From: a virus
Lineage: Duplodnaviria; Caudoviricetes
DNA: 64,000 bases
Virus record (IMG/VR): IMGVR_UViG_3300028887_000080
Span: 32,001-96,000 of that record
Reading direction: 5' to 3' (one strand)
Made by a program: the position numbers and the translations under genes. Shown here piece by piece: positions 35,953 to 46,096 of the stretch. The notes beneath the pieces are model-generated. The model searched no databases. It saw only the letters and a program-made list of their open reading frames with translations, and had not been told where the DNA came from. The number at the start of each line of letters is the position of its first letter. The stretch's first letter is position 1.

Positions 35953-38097
35953 TCACTTCATTTCTTCAATTCTTATTTTTAATGTGTTCCTGAAATACCA
36001 TTCCCCGCGAACGCTCTCCTTCCGTTTTTCTTCAGGGACTCCGTTCAGGATTTCCTCCATAACCGATTTCGGCATAGCGATGTTGCAGGACAGCCACTCG
36101 GATGACTTCAGGAGCATACGCTCCCAATCCTCGTCCTTGAATGTTTCCTTTACGAAGTCCATTGCCTTTTCGATAATCTCGTTGATTTTCTTGTTCACGG
36201 AATCATTGTCATCCGTTCGCATAAGCATTCCGCCATTCGTCCCGAACGGGTCTGTGAGGTATGTCGTGACGCAGGGGGTTCCCGTTGCGCCGAGCACGCT
36301 CATACCGCATTCCCTCACCATTCTCGAAGCGAGTGACGTGGCGCGCATTATGTCCTGCGAGGCGCCTGTCGTTATGTGTTTATTTCCGAACACCTCGCAT
36401 TCCGCGGCATAGCCAGCGAGACAGACCGCGATTTCCTTCACGCAGTCCAAAACGGTCATAAACTCCGTTTCCTCCGTGTTGTCTTCCTGCATAAATCCGT
36501 TCGCTTTCTGCGACACGGTTCCTGACACGAGTTTGGCGGGAAGTTTGCCGAAGAGTTTGGCATACATAACGAAATGCCCGCTTTCGTGAACCGCCGTCAA
36601 TGCTTGGTTTTCGTCCGCCTTGTTTTTCCGTTTCCCTTCAAGTCGCAACTGCTGCGGGAATTTCATCTCGTCTTTCATTACAGATTTGTATTCCCAAGAC
36701 GCAATCACATTTCCGTCCTCATAGGTGAAATATATCGTTGATATATCACCCTTTCCGCTCGACATAGCGTGCATTATGATTGACGGGAGTTTGGTCTGTA
36801 TGATTTCATAGGCGGATGAGAACACGGGTCTCGTCCCGTGAGTCGGGAAAACGCCGTCCCTGTATATGATGTCGTATATGCTGTCGTCGTATTTTATCTC
36901 TATGCCGTATTTCTCTTTCACGGTTTGGGCATAGTTTCCGAGATAGAGTTTGATGATGTCCTCGAAGTTCTTTTTCGAGAACGACGGGTAGAGAACCATA
37001 ATGTTTCCGAGTCTTGCAATCTGCTCGTTCCTGAACCTCACGCCGAGCGCCTCCTTGATGTCCACGAGTGTCATTCTCTCCGTCTTTATCCTGAATTGGT
37101 CGGGTTCCATATCGGGGTCGACGTTGTACGCCATCTCGTATGCCTCGTCTATGTTCCCCATAACGAAGACGAGCGACTTGCTGAAGTTCACGTCATACCC
37201 GCCGCGCATAGACTTCTGTATTCTTTGGACATACTTGTATAGGTCGTCCGCGTTCATATCCCGCATAGAATCCATATATTCCTCGTATGTCATATCGTGC
37301 TCTCCTGATATGCACGTCACCTCGTAGATTGGACCGAGCAGGTCGCTCGACACCCAAAACGTTATGTCGTTGTTGCAGGCGCAGTCGAAATGGTCGCACC
37401 AATACTTCCTGTTTCCGCACTTGTAGTCCTCGAACTCTCCGAGGTTGCCCGACACATTGAAGTTCGCCGCGAAGTCGCCTTTTTTATCTATGGGGAGTAT
37501 ATTGAATATGTGCTCGCCGTTTTTGAGGACGCCTTTCTCTACAACGCCTCCGAGTTCGCATACCATCTTCAGGATGGACGCCGCGTTGGTCATCTTGTTC
37601 TTGAAGTAGTTGCTGAACGTCCTGTGGAACTTTCCCGTGTCAATCACTTCCCATATCGTTTTCAGGGAGGTTTTGTTGTCCTTTTCCTTCCCTTCCGAAT
37701 CTATGGTGGCGGCGAATTGAAACTCGTCGAACACGAACACCCTGTTGGATTTCGTGTTGCCCATATTTTCAAGTATCTTGTCTTCTATGTCCTCCGAATC
37801 CTCCTCCCCGATTTTGGCGAGGTTGTAGACGCACATATCCTCTTTTATGTCGAGAAGTTCGCAAAGTCTGTTCACAAGACTTGTCTTTCCGCAACCAGTC
37901 AGTCCCCACAGGCATATAGTTATCGGTTTCGTCTGTAGGTCAGGAAACACATACCATCCCCTCACGTTGTCTATTATGGTGTCTATAACACCGTCTATTC
38001 CGACAAACTCTTTCTTGAGTTGCAGTTTTGCATCCTCAACTGCCTTGAATTTGTTTCTGATTTCTTCGTTCTGCATAGTTCGCCTGTTTTGGTACAA
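35953..38097 (-). CDS. Soluble AAA+ ATPase fused to an FtsH-type (M41) zinc protease
   Basis: WGLTGCGKT, FVFDEFQ, QIARLG; TAVHESGH, LAGYAAE..FG, TTGASQDI..AT; no transmembrane segments. Confidence 0.85.
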   Translation of the reverse strand: MYQNRRTMQNEEIRNKFKAVEDAKLQLKKEFVGIDGVIDTIIDNVRGWYVFPDLQTKPITICLWGLTGCGKTSLVNRLCELLDIKEDMCVYNLAKIGEEDSEDIEDKILENMGNTKSNRVFVFDEFQFAATIDSEGKEKDNKTSLKTIWEVIDTGKFHRTFSNYFKNKMTNAASILKMVCELGGVVEKGVLKNGEHIFNILPIDKKGDFAANFNVSGNLGEFEDYKCGNRKYWCDHFDCACNNDITFWVSSDLLGPIYEVTCISGEHDMTYEEYMDSMRDMNADDLYKYVQRIQKSMRGGYDVNFSKSLVFVMGNIDEAYEMAYNVDPDMEPDQFRIKTERMTLVDIKEALGVRFRNEQIARLGNIMVLYPSFSKKNFEDIIKLYLGNYAQTVKEKYGIEIKYDDSIYDIIYRDGVFPTHGTRPVFSSAYEIIQTKLPSIIMHAMSSGKGDISTIYFTYEDGNVIASWEYKSVMKDEMKFPQQLRLEGKRKNKADENQALTAVHESGHFVMYAKLFGKLPAKLVSGTVSQKANGFMQEDNTEETEFMTVLDCVKEIAVCLAGYAAECEVFGNKHITTGASQDIMRATSLASRMVRECGMSVLGATGTPCVTTYLTDPFGTNGGMLMRTDDNDSVNKKINEIIEKAMDFVKETFKDEDWERMLLKSSEWLSCNIAMPKSVMEEILNGVPEEKRKESVRGEWYFRNTLKIRIEEMK

Positions 38098-38202
38098 GTT
38101 TAATATAACAAAAAACGAAGGTTTTTTTAAGCGAATGGATGAAAATTATCTGAAATACTATTCGGTCTTGTTGATTATAAATATATTGAAAATAATTTTG
38201 CA

Positions 38203-38751
38203 ATGGAGCGTATTCTTAACTATGATGAATTTGTGAGTGTGAACGAGAAACTCGTTTATTCCGACGGCAAGAAGAAAACCGCGAAGAAAAAGTCTTCAAA
38301 CATAGTCGGTTATCTTGAGATGGTCACTGTGCCTGACGTCGGTGATTTTGTCGCAAAGTTCGACAGCGGAAACGGTTCGGTCAGTTCAATCACATACGAC
38401 AGTTATGAAATAGACGGCGAATATGTGGTATGGAAACTCAACGGAAGGTCTATGCGATGCAAAAGAACAAAGACGTCCATTGTAGCGAACAAGGGGAACG
38501 AGGAGAGAATCGGGATAGAACTCGACATCGTGTTCAACGGGGTTAGGTATGAAAAGATACCGTTCACATTGGCAGACCGCTCGAAGAACTATGCGAAGAT
38601 GCTCGTGAACAGGACGTTCATCAACACGATACACGGAGTGGTTGACACCTCCGCGTCGTTTATGGTGACTGAAAGACCAGACGGGTTTTCGGTGAACAAA
38701 AAAGACAGATACAGCGGAATTGTTTTCCAAACAAACGACGAGGAGGAGTGA
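38203..38751 (+). CDS. Retropepsin-like (RimK-associated type) protease with capsid-targeting-like N-terminus
   Basis: AKFDSGN, ER..IELDI.F.G, FTLADRS....LVNR.F. Confidence 0.7.
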   Translation: MERILNYDEFVSVNEKLVYSDGKKKTAKKKSSNIVGYLEMVTVPDVGDFVAKFDSGNGSVSSITYDSYEIDGEYVVWKLNGRSMRCKRTKTSIVANKGNEERIGIELDIVFNGVRYEKIPFTLADRSKNYAKMLVNRTFINTIHGVVDTSASFMVTERPDGFSVNKKDRYSGIVFQTNDEEE

Positions 38752-38752
38752 T

Positions 38753-39199
38753 ATGAAAATAATAGAGAGTTTCGCGGTTTTTGAAAAACTGCTGCACAAG
38801 GAGAAAAGCATACGCAAGGCGCTCGACAGCAATTTCTGCGTGTTCCAATACATAAAGAAGGACGGTGAGAAACGCAAGGCGTTCGGCACATTGAAGTCCG
38901 ACTTCATATCTAAATGGTGGAAACCATCGGGTGAGGAGTCACCGTCGATAGACGCGCTGCGACTTCAGGGTTATATACAGTATTGGGACATCGAGCGCAA
39001 GAACTTCAGGCAGTTCACTATGGACGAGGGTGTGCACCTTCTTGAGGAATATGCGACCGCAGAGGAAATGGCGGAAAAATACCCTGAATTGAGAAAGAAA
39101 CTCGGACTTCCCAAGTATGACGAGAAGAAAAAGGAGAAAAACGGTGACGAGAAAACCGACAAAGGGAATGACGAAAGTGGAGATGATGGAAAAAAGTGA
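38753..39199 (+). CDS. SH3/WYL_2-like (DUF2693-type) protein
   Basis: FQYIKKDGEKRKAFGTL...YWDIE..NFRQF. Confidence 0.7.
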   Translation: MKIIESFAVFEKLLHKEKSIRKALDSNFCVFQYIKKDGEKRKAFGTLKSDFISKWWKPSGEESPSIDALRLQGYIQYWDIERKNFRQFTMDEGVHLLEEYATAEEMAEKYPELRKKLGLPKYDEKKKEKNGDEKTDKGNDESGDDGKK

Positions 39200-39225
39200 T
39201 ATATCATTGATATATCGCAAAAAAC

Positions 39226-39253
39226 AAAAAGGGAGGCATTGCCTCCCTTTTTC
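39226..39253. terminator. Bidirectional terminator
   Basis: aaaaagggaggc-att-gcctcccttttt. Confidence 0.75.
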
Positions 39254-39258
39254 TGTTT

Positions 39259-39864
39259 TCAGTCGATGTTTCCGATGTACTTCTTGAGTTTTTTCTGCGC
39301 GGAGATGAACTTCGCCCTTGCCCTGTGCATAGGTATTCCGAGCGTGTCTCCGATTGAGGCGAAGTCGGTCTTGCCGTTGTTCGTCGGGATAATACCTATT
39401 CTCATCTTCACGACCTTCGACTGCATTTCGTTCAGTTTTTCAAGAGCGTTCTTGATGTCAATCATAAGATTCACGTCGTTCTGTTTGTATTCAAGCGGCA
39501 TAAGGTGTCCGTCAGGCATAATCAGGTCTTCGTATTTGTGCTTGATTTTCTCATACTCCTTGAACCCTCCGTTTGTTCGGTTGTATGGGAGATGCACCAC
39601 GTTTTTTTGGTTGTTGAGTTCGCGTTTCGCGTACTCCGTCATAAAAGGTTTCGCGTATGACCAAAATCGGTCGTTCAGGTCGGGGTCGTACTGCTCAATC
39701 AACCGCACGACGACGATTGAGCATATCTGTCTTATGTCGTCCTTTATGTCGCTCTGCATTTTGCCGAACTCATAGATGATGACATTCACAATGTTGTTGA
39801 AATCTTTTGATTTCAGGAGGTCGTCAACTGTCAGTTTTTCATTTGTGCCTTTTTCATTGTCCAT
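39259..39864 (-). CDS. Sigma70-family-like phage sigma factor
   Basis: Region 2-like DD.RQ......LIEQYDP....FWSYA; region 4-like ALEKL...Q..VV.MR.G.....DFASIG..LGI...R. Confidence 0.7.
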   Translation of the reverse strand: MDNEKGTNEKLTVDDLLKSKDFNNIVNVIIYEFGKMQSDIKDDIRQICSIVVVRLIEQYDPDLNDRFWSYAKPFMTEYAKRELNNQKNVVHLPYNRTNGGFKEYEKIKHKYEDLIMPDGHLMPLEYKQNDVNLMIDIKNALEKLNEMQSKVVKMRIGIIPTNNGKTDFASIGDTLGIPMHRARAKFISAQKKLKKYIGNID

Positions 39865-39920
39865 AGGTTTTGTTCATTAAAGATTATTCGGTATGTTCAA
39901 ATATCATTGCGTACACCGTA

Positions 39921-39957
39921 AGGCGTTTTCAGGCGTTTTCAGGCGTTTTCAGGCGTT
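39921..39957. repeat. Tandem 10-mer (aggcgttttc) x3.7
   Basis: Read directly; intergenic, upstream of the sigma factor gene. Confidence 0.85.
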
Positions 39958-40252
39958 ATTTTTGAAAAACCGTGGCGACGGTGTTTCCGTCGGAGAAGTT
40001 GTCCAAAACGTCACGTTTGTAGGTTTCACGCAAGGAATCGTCTATGTATTCGTCGAGTATCCGAAGAAGTTCGATACGCTCGAACACGAAATTTTGCGTG
40101 ATTTGGTGAATCGAGTCGTTTGCAAAATCGTCATTCACGCTGAACGTGGATGATGACAAGAGGTTGCCGCATTTCCTGTGTATTTCGTCAGCGGTTGCGG
40201 TTTCAGGGTTCACGCTCTCTTGGAGCACATAAATGTTGATTGATATGTCCAT
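39956..40252 (-). CDS. Hypothetical protein
   Basis: Start MDISINIY at 40252. Confidence 0.55.
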   Translation of the reverse strand: MDISINIYVLQESVNPETATADEIHRKCGNLLSSSTFSVNDDFANDSIHQITQNFVFERIELLRILDEYIDDSLRETYKRDVLDNFSDGNTVATVFQK

Positions 40253-40265
40253 ATTGCACAGATGT

Positions 40266-40901
40266 TTATGAATCGTATTTTTTGTATTCGGGGTATTCCT
40301 TGAAAAACACGTCGTCGAACATCCTGTCCTCAAGCACCCAAGACCAAAAGTCGTCGCCCTCTTTCGTGAGGTTCCAATCGAACCCGCCCTCGCTTCTGTC
40401 CGCGCACAGGTTTGCCGCGAACACATACAGGTTTTCCTTTCCCTGCTGCTCGCGCTGCCGTTGGAGCATTTTGATTACGACGCCGAGAGGTATTCCGGCA
40501 AGTTCACCCACGAGTTGGGAACTTGTCACGTTCGACGGGTTCTCCGTTTCGTCCACGATGACGCCGAAATCCCCCTTGTCGGAAATGTACGGAACAGTGA
40601 GGACTGTATGGGAATCCTCGCTTTCATCGTTCACGCAGTCCCACAATTTGTTTTCGGCGAACACAAGGCATTGTCCCCCGCCATAGACTATAAGTCTCTC
40701 AATCGGGAGTTCCCCCTGAATGATTTTCGCGTTCTGCTCTATTTCGTCCAAGATTGGGTTGATGCCGCTTTCCTGATACACCTTCCCCCACCGCTGCGAC
40801 TTGATGTTCTCTGTCGCCCTGTATGTTACATAGTAGGCGTTCGCATTGTTGCCCGCCTCTACGAAGTCGTCGAATGTTTGTGTGAAATGTTCTCTTTTCA
40901 T
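40266..40901 (-). CDS. Hypothetical protein
   Basis: Tightly packed minus-strand operon. Confidence 0.65.
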   Translation of the reverse strand: MKREHFTQTFDDFVEAGNNANAYYVTYRATENIKSQRWGKVYQESGINPILDEIEQNAKIIQGELPIERLIVYGGGQCLVFAENKLWDCVNDESEDSHTVLTVPYISDKGDFGVIVDETENPSNVTSSQLVGELAGIPLGVVIKMLQRQREQQGKENLYVFAANLCADRSEGGFDWNLTKEGDDFWSWVLEDRMFDDVFFKEYPEYKKYDS

Positions 40902-40902
40902 A

Positions 40903-41127
40903 TCATTGCAGTTCTATAACACGCCAAGCGTCGATATGTTCAACGCGTTTCGCGTTTTTTGTGTTCTGTTCCTTGAAAATGTTGTCCACGGCGTCATACC
41001 AAACCGTACGGACACTTTTGCGCTCGCTTTCACTGATGTCCTCGAACATATTGAGTTGCACGCGAACCTTTACTTCATAATAACCGGAATATGTCGGTTT
41101 TGTGAGATTGATTGGTATCCATTCCAT
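40903..41127 (-). CDS. Hypothetical small protein
   Basis: MEWIP...KP...G.Y.V ... IDAW pattern. Confidence 0.6.
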   Translation of the reverse strand: MEWIPINLTKPTYSGYYEVKVRVQLNMFEDISESERKSVRTVWYDAVDNIFKEQNTKNAKRVEHIDAWRVIELQ

Positions 41128-41129
41128 AG

Positions 41130-41888
41130 TTATTCCCCCTTTATGATTTCAACATTTGAATAGTCGATAGGTTTGAAATTCCCCGCGTTCATAATCAGAC
41201 TTCCCGCCTCGTCGTATCTTGAATTGAACTCGTCTTCCGCGATTGGCGTGATTTCCTCTTCGTCGAAGTCCGCCTTGTTGAGCGTGCCTATGGTGTTGAT
41301 GGAGGTGTTCCCGTAGTTCTGCATATCAATGTTGATGAACACCCGCTCGCCCTCTGAATTGTATCCATAGCAGCGGACAAACATATACGACGGGGTTTTG
41401 ACCTCGAAGTATGGCGGAAGTCCGTCGTCTCCGATTTCCTTTTTGTGTCTGCCGCCCCTTGTTTGGACAGGCGGTTTCGCCTGTACCTTATGCTCCGTCT
41501 TGGCGGTCGGTTGCTGTGCGCAGACCGCCCCCCAAATTACGTTCCCGCTTTCATCGGTTTCGATTGACGACATTGCGTCGGTGCAGAGTTTGACTATGTT
41601 CTCTATGATTTTTCTTGGCGACTCCCCGTATTGCGAATCGACTTCCTGCGCGGTTTCGGCGATTTTTTTCACTACGCCGTACAGCTTCTCCGCGATGTGC
41701 TTCGGGTCTTTCGTCTTCGCATACCATTGTAGCAGGTTCTCCACCGCGTGTTCGATTGTGTCACCGCGCTCCGTGTGCTCGTCCGCGCCGCTATTGTATG
41801 TGGCGACCCAATGGTTTCCGTTGAAGTTGAAGGACACATATTTCGCGTGCCCCCCGAACTGTGCCATAAGTTCATTGGTTGTTTTCAT
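41130..41888 (-). CDS. Hypothetical protein
   Basis: Operon continuity. Confidence 0.65.
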   Translation of the reverse strand: MKTTNELMAQFGGHAKYVSFNFNGNHWVATYNSGADEHTERGDTIEHAVENLLQWYAKTKDPKHIAEKLYGVVKKIAETAQEVDSQYGESPRKIIENIVKLCTDAMSSIETDESGNVIWGAVCAQQPTAKTEHKVQAKPPVQTRGGRHKKEIGDDGLPPYFEVKTPSYMFVRCYGYNSEGERVFINIDMQNYGNTSINTIGTLNKADFDEEEITPIAEDEFNSRYDEAGSLIMNAGNFKPIDYSNVEIIKGE

Positions 41889-42201
41889 CTTCGATATTTT
41901 CTATTTGTTCTATTTTCTTGTCTATGAGTGCGCGGAACGATTTCCACTGCGTTTCGATAAGGTCTTTGCAGCACGCGTGTTCTCGGTTTCCGAAAAGAAG
42001 GGACAGGAACTTCTTCCACCCCCTGTATTCGTCGAGGTGCTCCTTGTGCAGGGAAAGGGTTTTCCAGTTGTCGATGTAGTTGGCGGCACTTTCCCATTGC
42101 GCGACTGTCTTGCAGTCCTTGATATGCTCGTATGCGATGACTGCACTGCTGCACAGCAGCGTCAGGTTGTGCTCCATCTTTACAAACTCCATAGTTTTCA
42201 T
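41872..42201 (-). CDS. Hypothetical protein
   Basis: Overlapping start/stop coupling. Confidence 0.6.
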   Translation of the reverse strand: MKTMEFVKMEHNLTLLCSSAVIAYEHIKDCKTVAQWESAANYIDNWKTLSLHKEHLDEYRGWKKFLSLLFGNREHACCKDLIETQWKSFRALIDKKIEQIENIEDENNQ

Positions 42202-42584
42202 AGGTCGATGTGGTTTACGATTGTGTAAAGGTTTTCGTTGAACGGGAGTCCAGAGTCATTGTCATTGTTTCCAAAAGCGCCTCTCGGTGCTAAAATCCCG
42301 TCTATGTTGCACTTTTTCGATATGTAGTACACATCCCCGTTCTTGTTGGTGCGGGTCTCGGTGATGAGGTCGTAGTTCCACTCGTTGTCCTTGAACGGGT
42401 TTTCCTCGTCGTAATTGTAGATGAGGATGTCCCCCTTCTTTGGTTTGGGGTTGTTCTCCGCCACTTTTGCTTTCCGTTTCTTTGTGATGTGGTCGGCAAT
42501 CAGATTGACCACGGAAACGAAAAAACCTGCCGTGAGGATGAGTGCGAAAATAAAGAGAAATAGTCCGTATTTGTCCATTTCCAT
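42198..42584 (-). CDS. Hypothetical membrane-anchored protein
   Basis: N-terminal hydrophobic helix; TTATATTCAA motif upstream at 42605. Confidence 0.65.
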   Translation of the reverse strand: MEMDKYGLFLFIFALILTAGFFVSVVNLIADHITKKRKAKVAENNPKPKKGDILIYNYDEENPFKDNEWNYDLITETRTNKNGDVYYISKKCNIDGILAPRGAFGNNDNDSGLPFNENLYTIVNHIDL

Positions 42585-42634
42585 AATTGAAAGTTTTTTG
42601 TTTATTGAATATAATGTAATTTATGTTTTTTTTT

Positions 42635-43216
42635 TCAGATTTTTTTCCAATACTTTTTGTGGATTTTCTCACCGTCTATGTTCCCCCATTTGCAGGGTTT
42701 GATGCAGGGATAGCAGTTGAGGTCGCAGATGAGTTCGTCCACAATGTCTTTGTGCCTCGCACACACCTCTTGGAACACCCTGTTTATTTTCGCCGCCTGC
42801 CTGCCGTTCACGAATTTCGTCAGACCGATTCTGCCGTTTATGCGGACGAGACCTTTCCACAGTCTTTTCTCATAGCGCTTTGCGTATTCGGAGAACGTTT
42901 CATCTTTCTTTTGCGAAATGGCGCCTGCGTCTATTTTGAAATTGACGAAACGTCGGAACCTGTTCCAAAGGTTCCGTATGGGTTTGTACTTCAGAAGCCA
43001 CTTTTCGCTATGGGTGTCCACGTTCAGTCCGTAACCGAACAGGAGTTGGAAAAGACCTCCGTTCCAAAGGTTCACGACCTCATCCCGCACGCAACCGTTT
43101 TTTTCGGAAACATAGATATGCAACCTGTGTTTCTTGAACCCCGCTTTCAGTTCGGAGATTGCGTCATAGAGTTCGTCACCGTACAAGGCGAACCAATCGT
43201 CATAGTATTCGTGCAT
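42635..43216 (-). CDS. Hypothetical protein
   Basis: Operon continuity. Confidence 0.6.
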   Translation of the reverse strand: MHEYYDDWFALYGDELYDAISELKAGFKKHRLHIYVSEKNGCVRDEVVNLWNGGLFQLLFGYGLNVDTHSEKWLLKYKPIRNLWNRFRRFVNFKIDAGAISQKKDETFSEYAKRYEKRLWKGLVRINGRIGLTKFVNGRQAAKINRVFQEVCARHKDIVDELICDLNCYPCIKPCKWGNIDGEKIHKKYWKKI

Positions 43217-43228
43217 ATCGTAAAGGTG

Positions 43229-43861
43229 TTAGAATTCGCACTCGATTTCCTCCGACATTTTCTCGAACTCCGCCACGCACTTTTTCAGGATTGACACATA
43301 ATATGTGCTCGTGACGAGTTCGGGTTCAGCGTCGGCGTCGAAGTTGAGGAGTTCCTTGAACCCGTTGCACCAATTCCCTTGGAACACGCCGTTGTCGACG
43401 GGTTCCTGTTCGCGACCGCTGTCTTGGTTCGGTGTTTCGTCCTGTTTCGTGTACAACTTTTCGTCAACTCTTCTTTTGTGTTCGTGCCGCCAAATGATTT
43501 CGCGCATATAGATTACGGTGTGCAGACCGATTTGACCGTCGAAGTAGTTCACGTTGTATGTGATGCAGTTCATAAGGTGTGCGTCGGACATATTGCACAG
43601 CGGAACCCAAATGCGGTTTCTGTTCTCGTCGAACGTTCCCCTGCATACGTTCTCCCTGATTTCCTCGAACGGTGAGTCGTAGTAGACGCACATATTGGTC
43701 ATCTTTTCATTGTTCTTCGACATACGCACATAGGACGAACCTCCGTCGACGAAATAGTATTCGCCGTTTTTGTCCGTGTGTGATACATAGTCGTGTGTGC
43801 TGTATGAGGTCAGCACCGTCCCGTCAGGCGTTTTCCACCTGTTCAGTAATAGAGTTTTCAT
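43229..43861 (-). CDS. Conserved hypothetical phage protein
   Basis: S...HDYV.H.....YFVDGG..Y.R and RGT motifs. Confidence 0.65.
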   Translation of the reverse strand: MKTLLLNRWKTPDGTVLTSYSTHDYVSHTDKNGEYYFVDGGSSYVRMSKNNEKMTNMCVYYDSPFEEIRENVCRGTFDENRNRIWVPLCNMSDAHLMNCITYNVNYFDGQIGLHTVIYMREIIWRHEHKRRVDEKLYTKQDETPNQDSGREQEPVDNGVFQGNWCNGFKELLNFDADAEPELVTSTYYVSILKKCVAEFEKMSEEIECEF

Positions 43862-44276
43862 TGCTCTCGTTTTTTGGTTTTTCTACTTTGATGTTGTTGA
43901 GGACACTTGACAGCGTGTGCTGTATGTTGCCCCTGTATTCGTTTTCCATTTCCTGCCTGCGTTTTTCGACCACTGTCGTGAAATTCCCGACGACATACTT
44001 CAGAACCCTTGCATTCTTCATCTTTATGTCGTAACCGAACTTGTGGTTGATGACGGACGCAATGTTGGTGTTGAAGTCCGCCACAACGAATATCCCGTTC
44101 TCCTCCGACTTGATGTAGAACTTGCTCATATCGGGAACCATAAGCAGTTCGCTTTCCTGCGAGTTCAACAGTTTTCTCACGATAATCATAAGATAGCGTT
44201 CCTCTCGTTCGATTTTGATATTGCGCGACCCGATGAAGAGTATTTTCAGTCTGTGTTTGATTCTTCTGATGCTCAT
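43824..44276 (-). CDS. Hypothetical protein
   Basis: Operon continuity. Confidence 0.6.
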   Translation of the reverse strand: MSIRRIKHRLKILFIGSRNIKIEREERYLMIIVRKLLNSQESELLMVPDMSKFYIKSEENGIFVVADFNTNIASVINHKFGYDIKMKNARVLKYVVGNFTTVVEKRRQEMENEYRGNIQHTLSSVLNNIKVEKPKNESNENSITEQVENA

Positions 44277-44279
44277 AAT

Positions 44280-44468
44280 TTAATTATTTGTTGTTTTCGC
44301 TTTGTTTTCCGAATAGTGCTCGCATTTCCGTCCGCCCGTGCAACCGACAATGTTGTAGCGTTTTGGATTGTGACCGACAAGCGGGTGAACGCGCTCTGCG
44401 CATTTGCACACCCCGCAGTTCTTGATGTTGGTCTTTTCAAAGTGAAGGCAGTTCGTACACATCCTCAT
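44280..44468 (-). CDS. Small Cys-rich protein
   Basis: CTNCLHF..G.C..C..CEHY. Confidence 0.55.
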   Translation of the reverse strand: MRMCTNCLHFEKTNIKNCGVCKCAERVHPLVGHNPKRYNIVGCTGGRKCEHYSENKAKTTNN

Positions 44469-44947
44469 TTTTCCACCTTTCCCTTCAAGTGGTGTTCAAT
44501 AGCGTATTCAATCGCCTTGTCCTCCGCTTTCTCGTATGATGTGAAGTAATCCCTGCAATCAAACATCTTCCGCGTTTTTGTGTCGGTGACCGAGAACGTG
44601 TATTCAACGTCTCCGTTGTTCTTGTATGCGTAGCGTATCTGTATGATGATGCCGTGCTTGTCTCGGAACCATTTCTCAACGAGCGGTAGCGTCGGGGCGG
44701 AGCAGGTGTCACCATTCATCCATTCACAGGAGTTCCTGTTGGCGTGGAGTCCGATACGACCGCCCTTGATTTCAACAATCTTATCCTCATTCATTGCGCT
44801 GATGAGGTCAAGTCGCTCCTCAAAGGATATTGACCGTCCCTCATATTGGAAGTCGCTTGAAAAATACAGTTCGCAGGGTTCGTCAAACCCGTACTTTTTC
44901 AGGAGCATACCTGTCTCATAGGTCACGTTTTCAAGTTCAATACTCAT
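44465..44947 (-). CDS. Hypothetical phage protein
   Basis: LLKKYGFDEPC..SAPT...V.KWFRDKHGI.I..YE.AE..AI. Confidence 0.7.
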   Translation of the reverse strand: MSIELENVTYETGMLLKKYGFDEPCELYFSSDFQYEGRSISFEERLDLISAMNEDKIVEIKGGRIGLHANRNSCEWMNGDTCSAPTLPLVEKWFRDKHGIIIQIRYAYKNNGDVEYTFSVTDTKTRKMFDCRDYFTSYEKAEDKAIEYAIEHHLKGKVEK

Positions 44948-44953
44948 AGCGGT

Positions 44954-45991
44954 TTATTTGAATAAGTTTTCCGTAATTGTGTTCCCTTCGGCGTCGGCAA
45001 GCACGAAATTCTCGTTGAGAGTGCAGTCGAGTCCTTCATATACGAAATGCCTGTCGCATTCCTCGATTTTCTCGCCGTGCATAAGTTGCCATACAATCCC
45101 GTGATAGGTCTGCGGCACGCACATAATCTTCTTTCCGCCGCTTTCTATGTCCGTGCGCAGGAAAAACGTGCACACGTCCTTTCCGCTCGTGCCTTCCTTC
45201 GTGTGGGCGCGGAGGTGGTATTCGGTGCTTGTGAACAGGCTCACCTTCACATAAAAACCGTATTGTTCGAGAATTGTTGCCTCGATACGCTTGTGCATCC
45301 CAGACTTGATGAAAATGTCGGCGGTGTTCAAATCTGTCCTGAACACAAGTTCGTCAACCGACACCGCGCACAGGGAAAGTATGCCTCTGTCGATGAGTCC
45401 GCCGATTATGCCGTCTCTTGCAAGGTCTTCATATACGGTTCCCATAATGTTCCGTTCGACCGTCGTGTGGCGACTTGGGTTCAGTTGCCCGAATACGACC
45501 TGCCTGATGTATTTTGATTCTATGATGTACTCACAGTCGGTGAATTTTCGGCAGAACTCATCCCACGTCTTGCAGTTGAGCACAATGGCTGGATTGACGT
45601 ATGAGAGCGCTTGGAAGTTCGCTTTCTTCAGGTCGATTGAAATGAACACCCCTCCTGCGTTGGTGTGGTTCCATACACTTTTCGCCGCGCCGTTGAATGT
45701 GACGGGTTTGTATGCGAATATGTCCATATCGCAGTTGTTGAACGCTTCATAGTGTTCATTTTTCAACGCCTGAATCATTTCCTCGCGTTTCTGATAGTAA
45801 TAGTCAAGGAACTTGCTGGCGTCGCCTGAAAAGTCCTTGTTGACCATTTCAACAAACGCAACCCATTTGTCCCAATATCCGAGTTTGTTCATCTGTTTGA
45901 CGAACACTTCCTGTGACACCGTTTTAATCGGTATGTTGTTGTCGCTCAAAAACCGCGACACCACTTCAATTTCAAAATCGAGAACGTCCAT
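44954..45991 (-). CDS. Hypothetical protein with polymerase-palm-like motifs
   Basis: FISIDLKKANF, SKYIRQVVFG.LNP, SVDELVF. Confidence 0.55.
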   Translation of the reverse strand: MDVLDFEIEVVSRFLSDNNIPIKTVSQEVFVKQMNKLGYWDKWVAFVEMVNKDFSGDASKFLDYYYQKREEMIQALKNEHYEAFNNCDMDIFAYKPVTFNGAAKSVWNHTNAGGVFISIDLKKANFQALSYVNPAIVLNCKTWDEFCRKFTDCEYIIESKYIRQVVFGQLNPSRHTTVERNIMGTVYEDLARDGIIGGLIDRGILSLCAVSVDELVFRTDLNTADIFIKSGMHKRIEATILEQYGFYVKVSLFTSTEYHLRAHTKEGTSGKDVCTFFLRTDIESGGKKIMCVPQTYHGIVWQLMHGEKIEECDRHFVYEGLDCTLNENFVLADAEGNTITENLFK

Positions 45992-46096
45992 TTTAATTTT
46001 TTTGGTTTTCTTTATTTGAATATAATGGAATTTTTGAAGTTTTTGAACTCGTGATATATCAATGATATATCGTATGAAAAAAATATCTTCTGAAAT

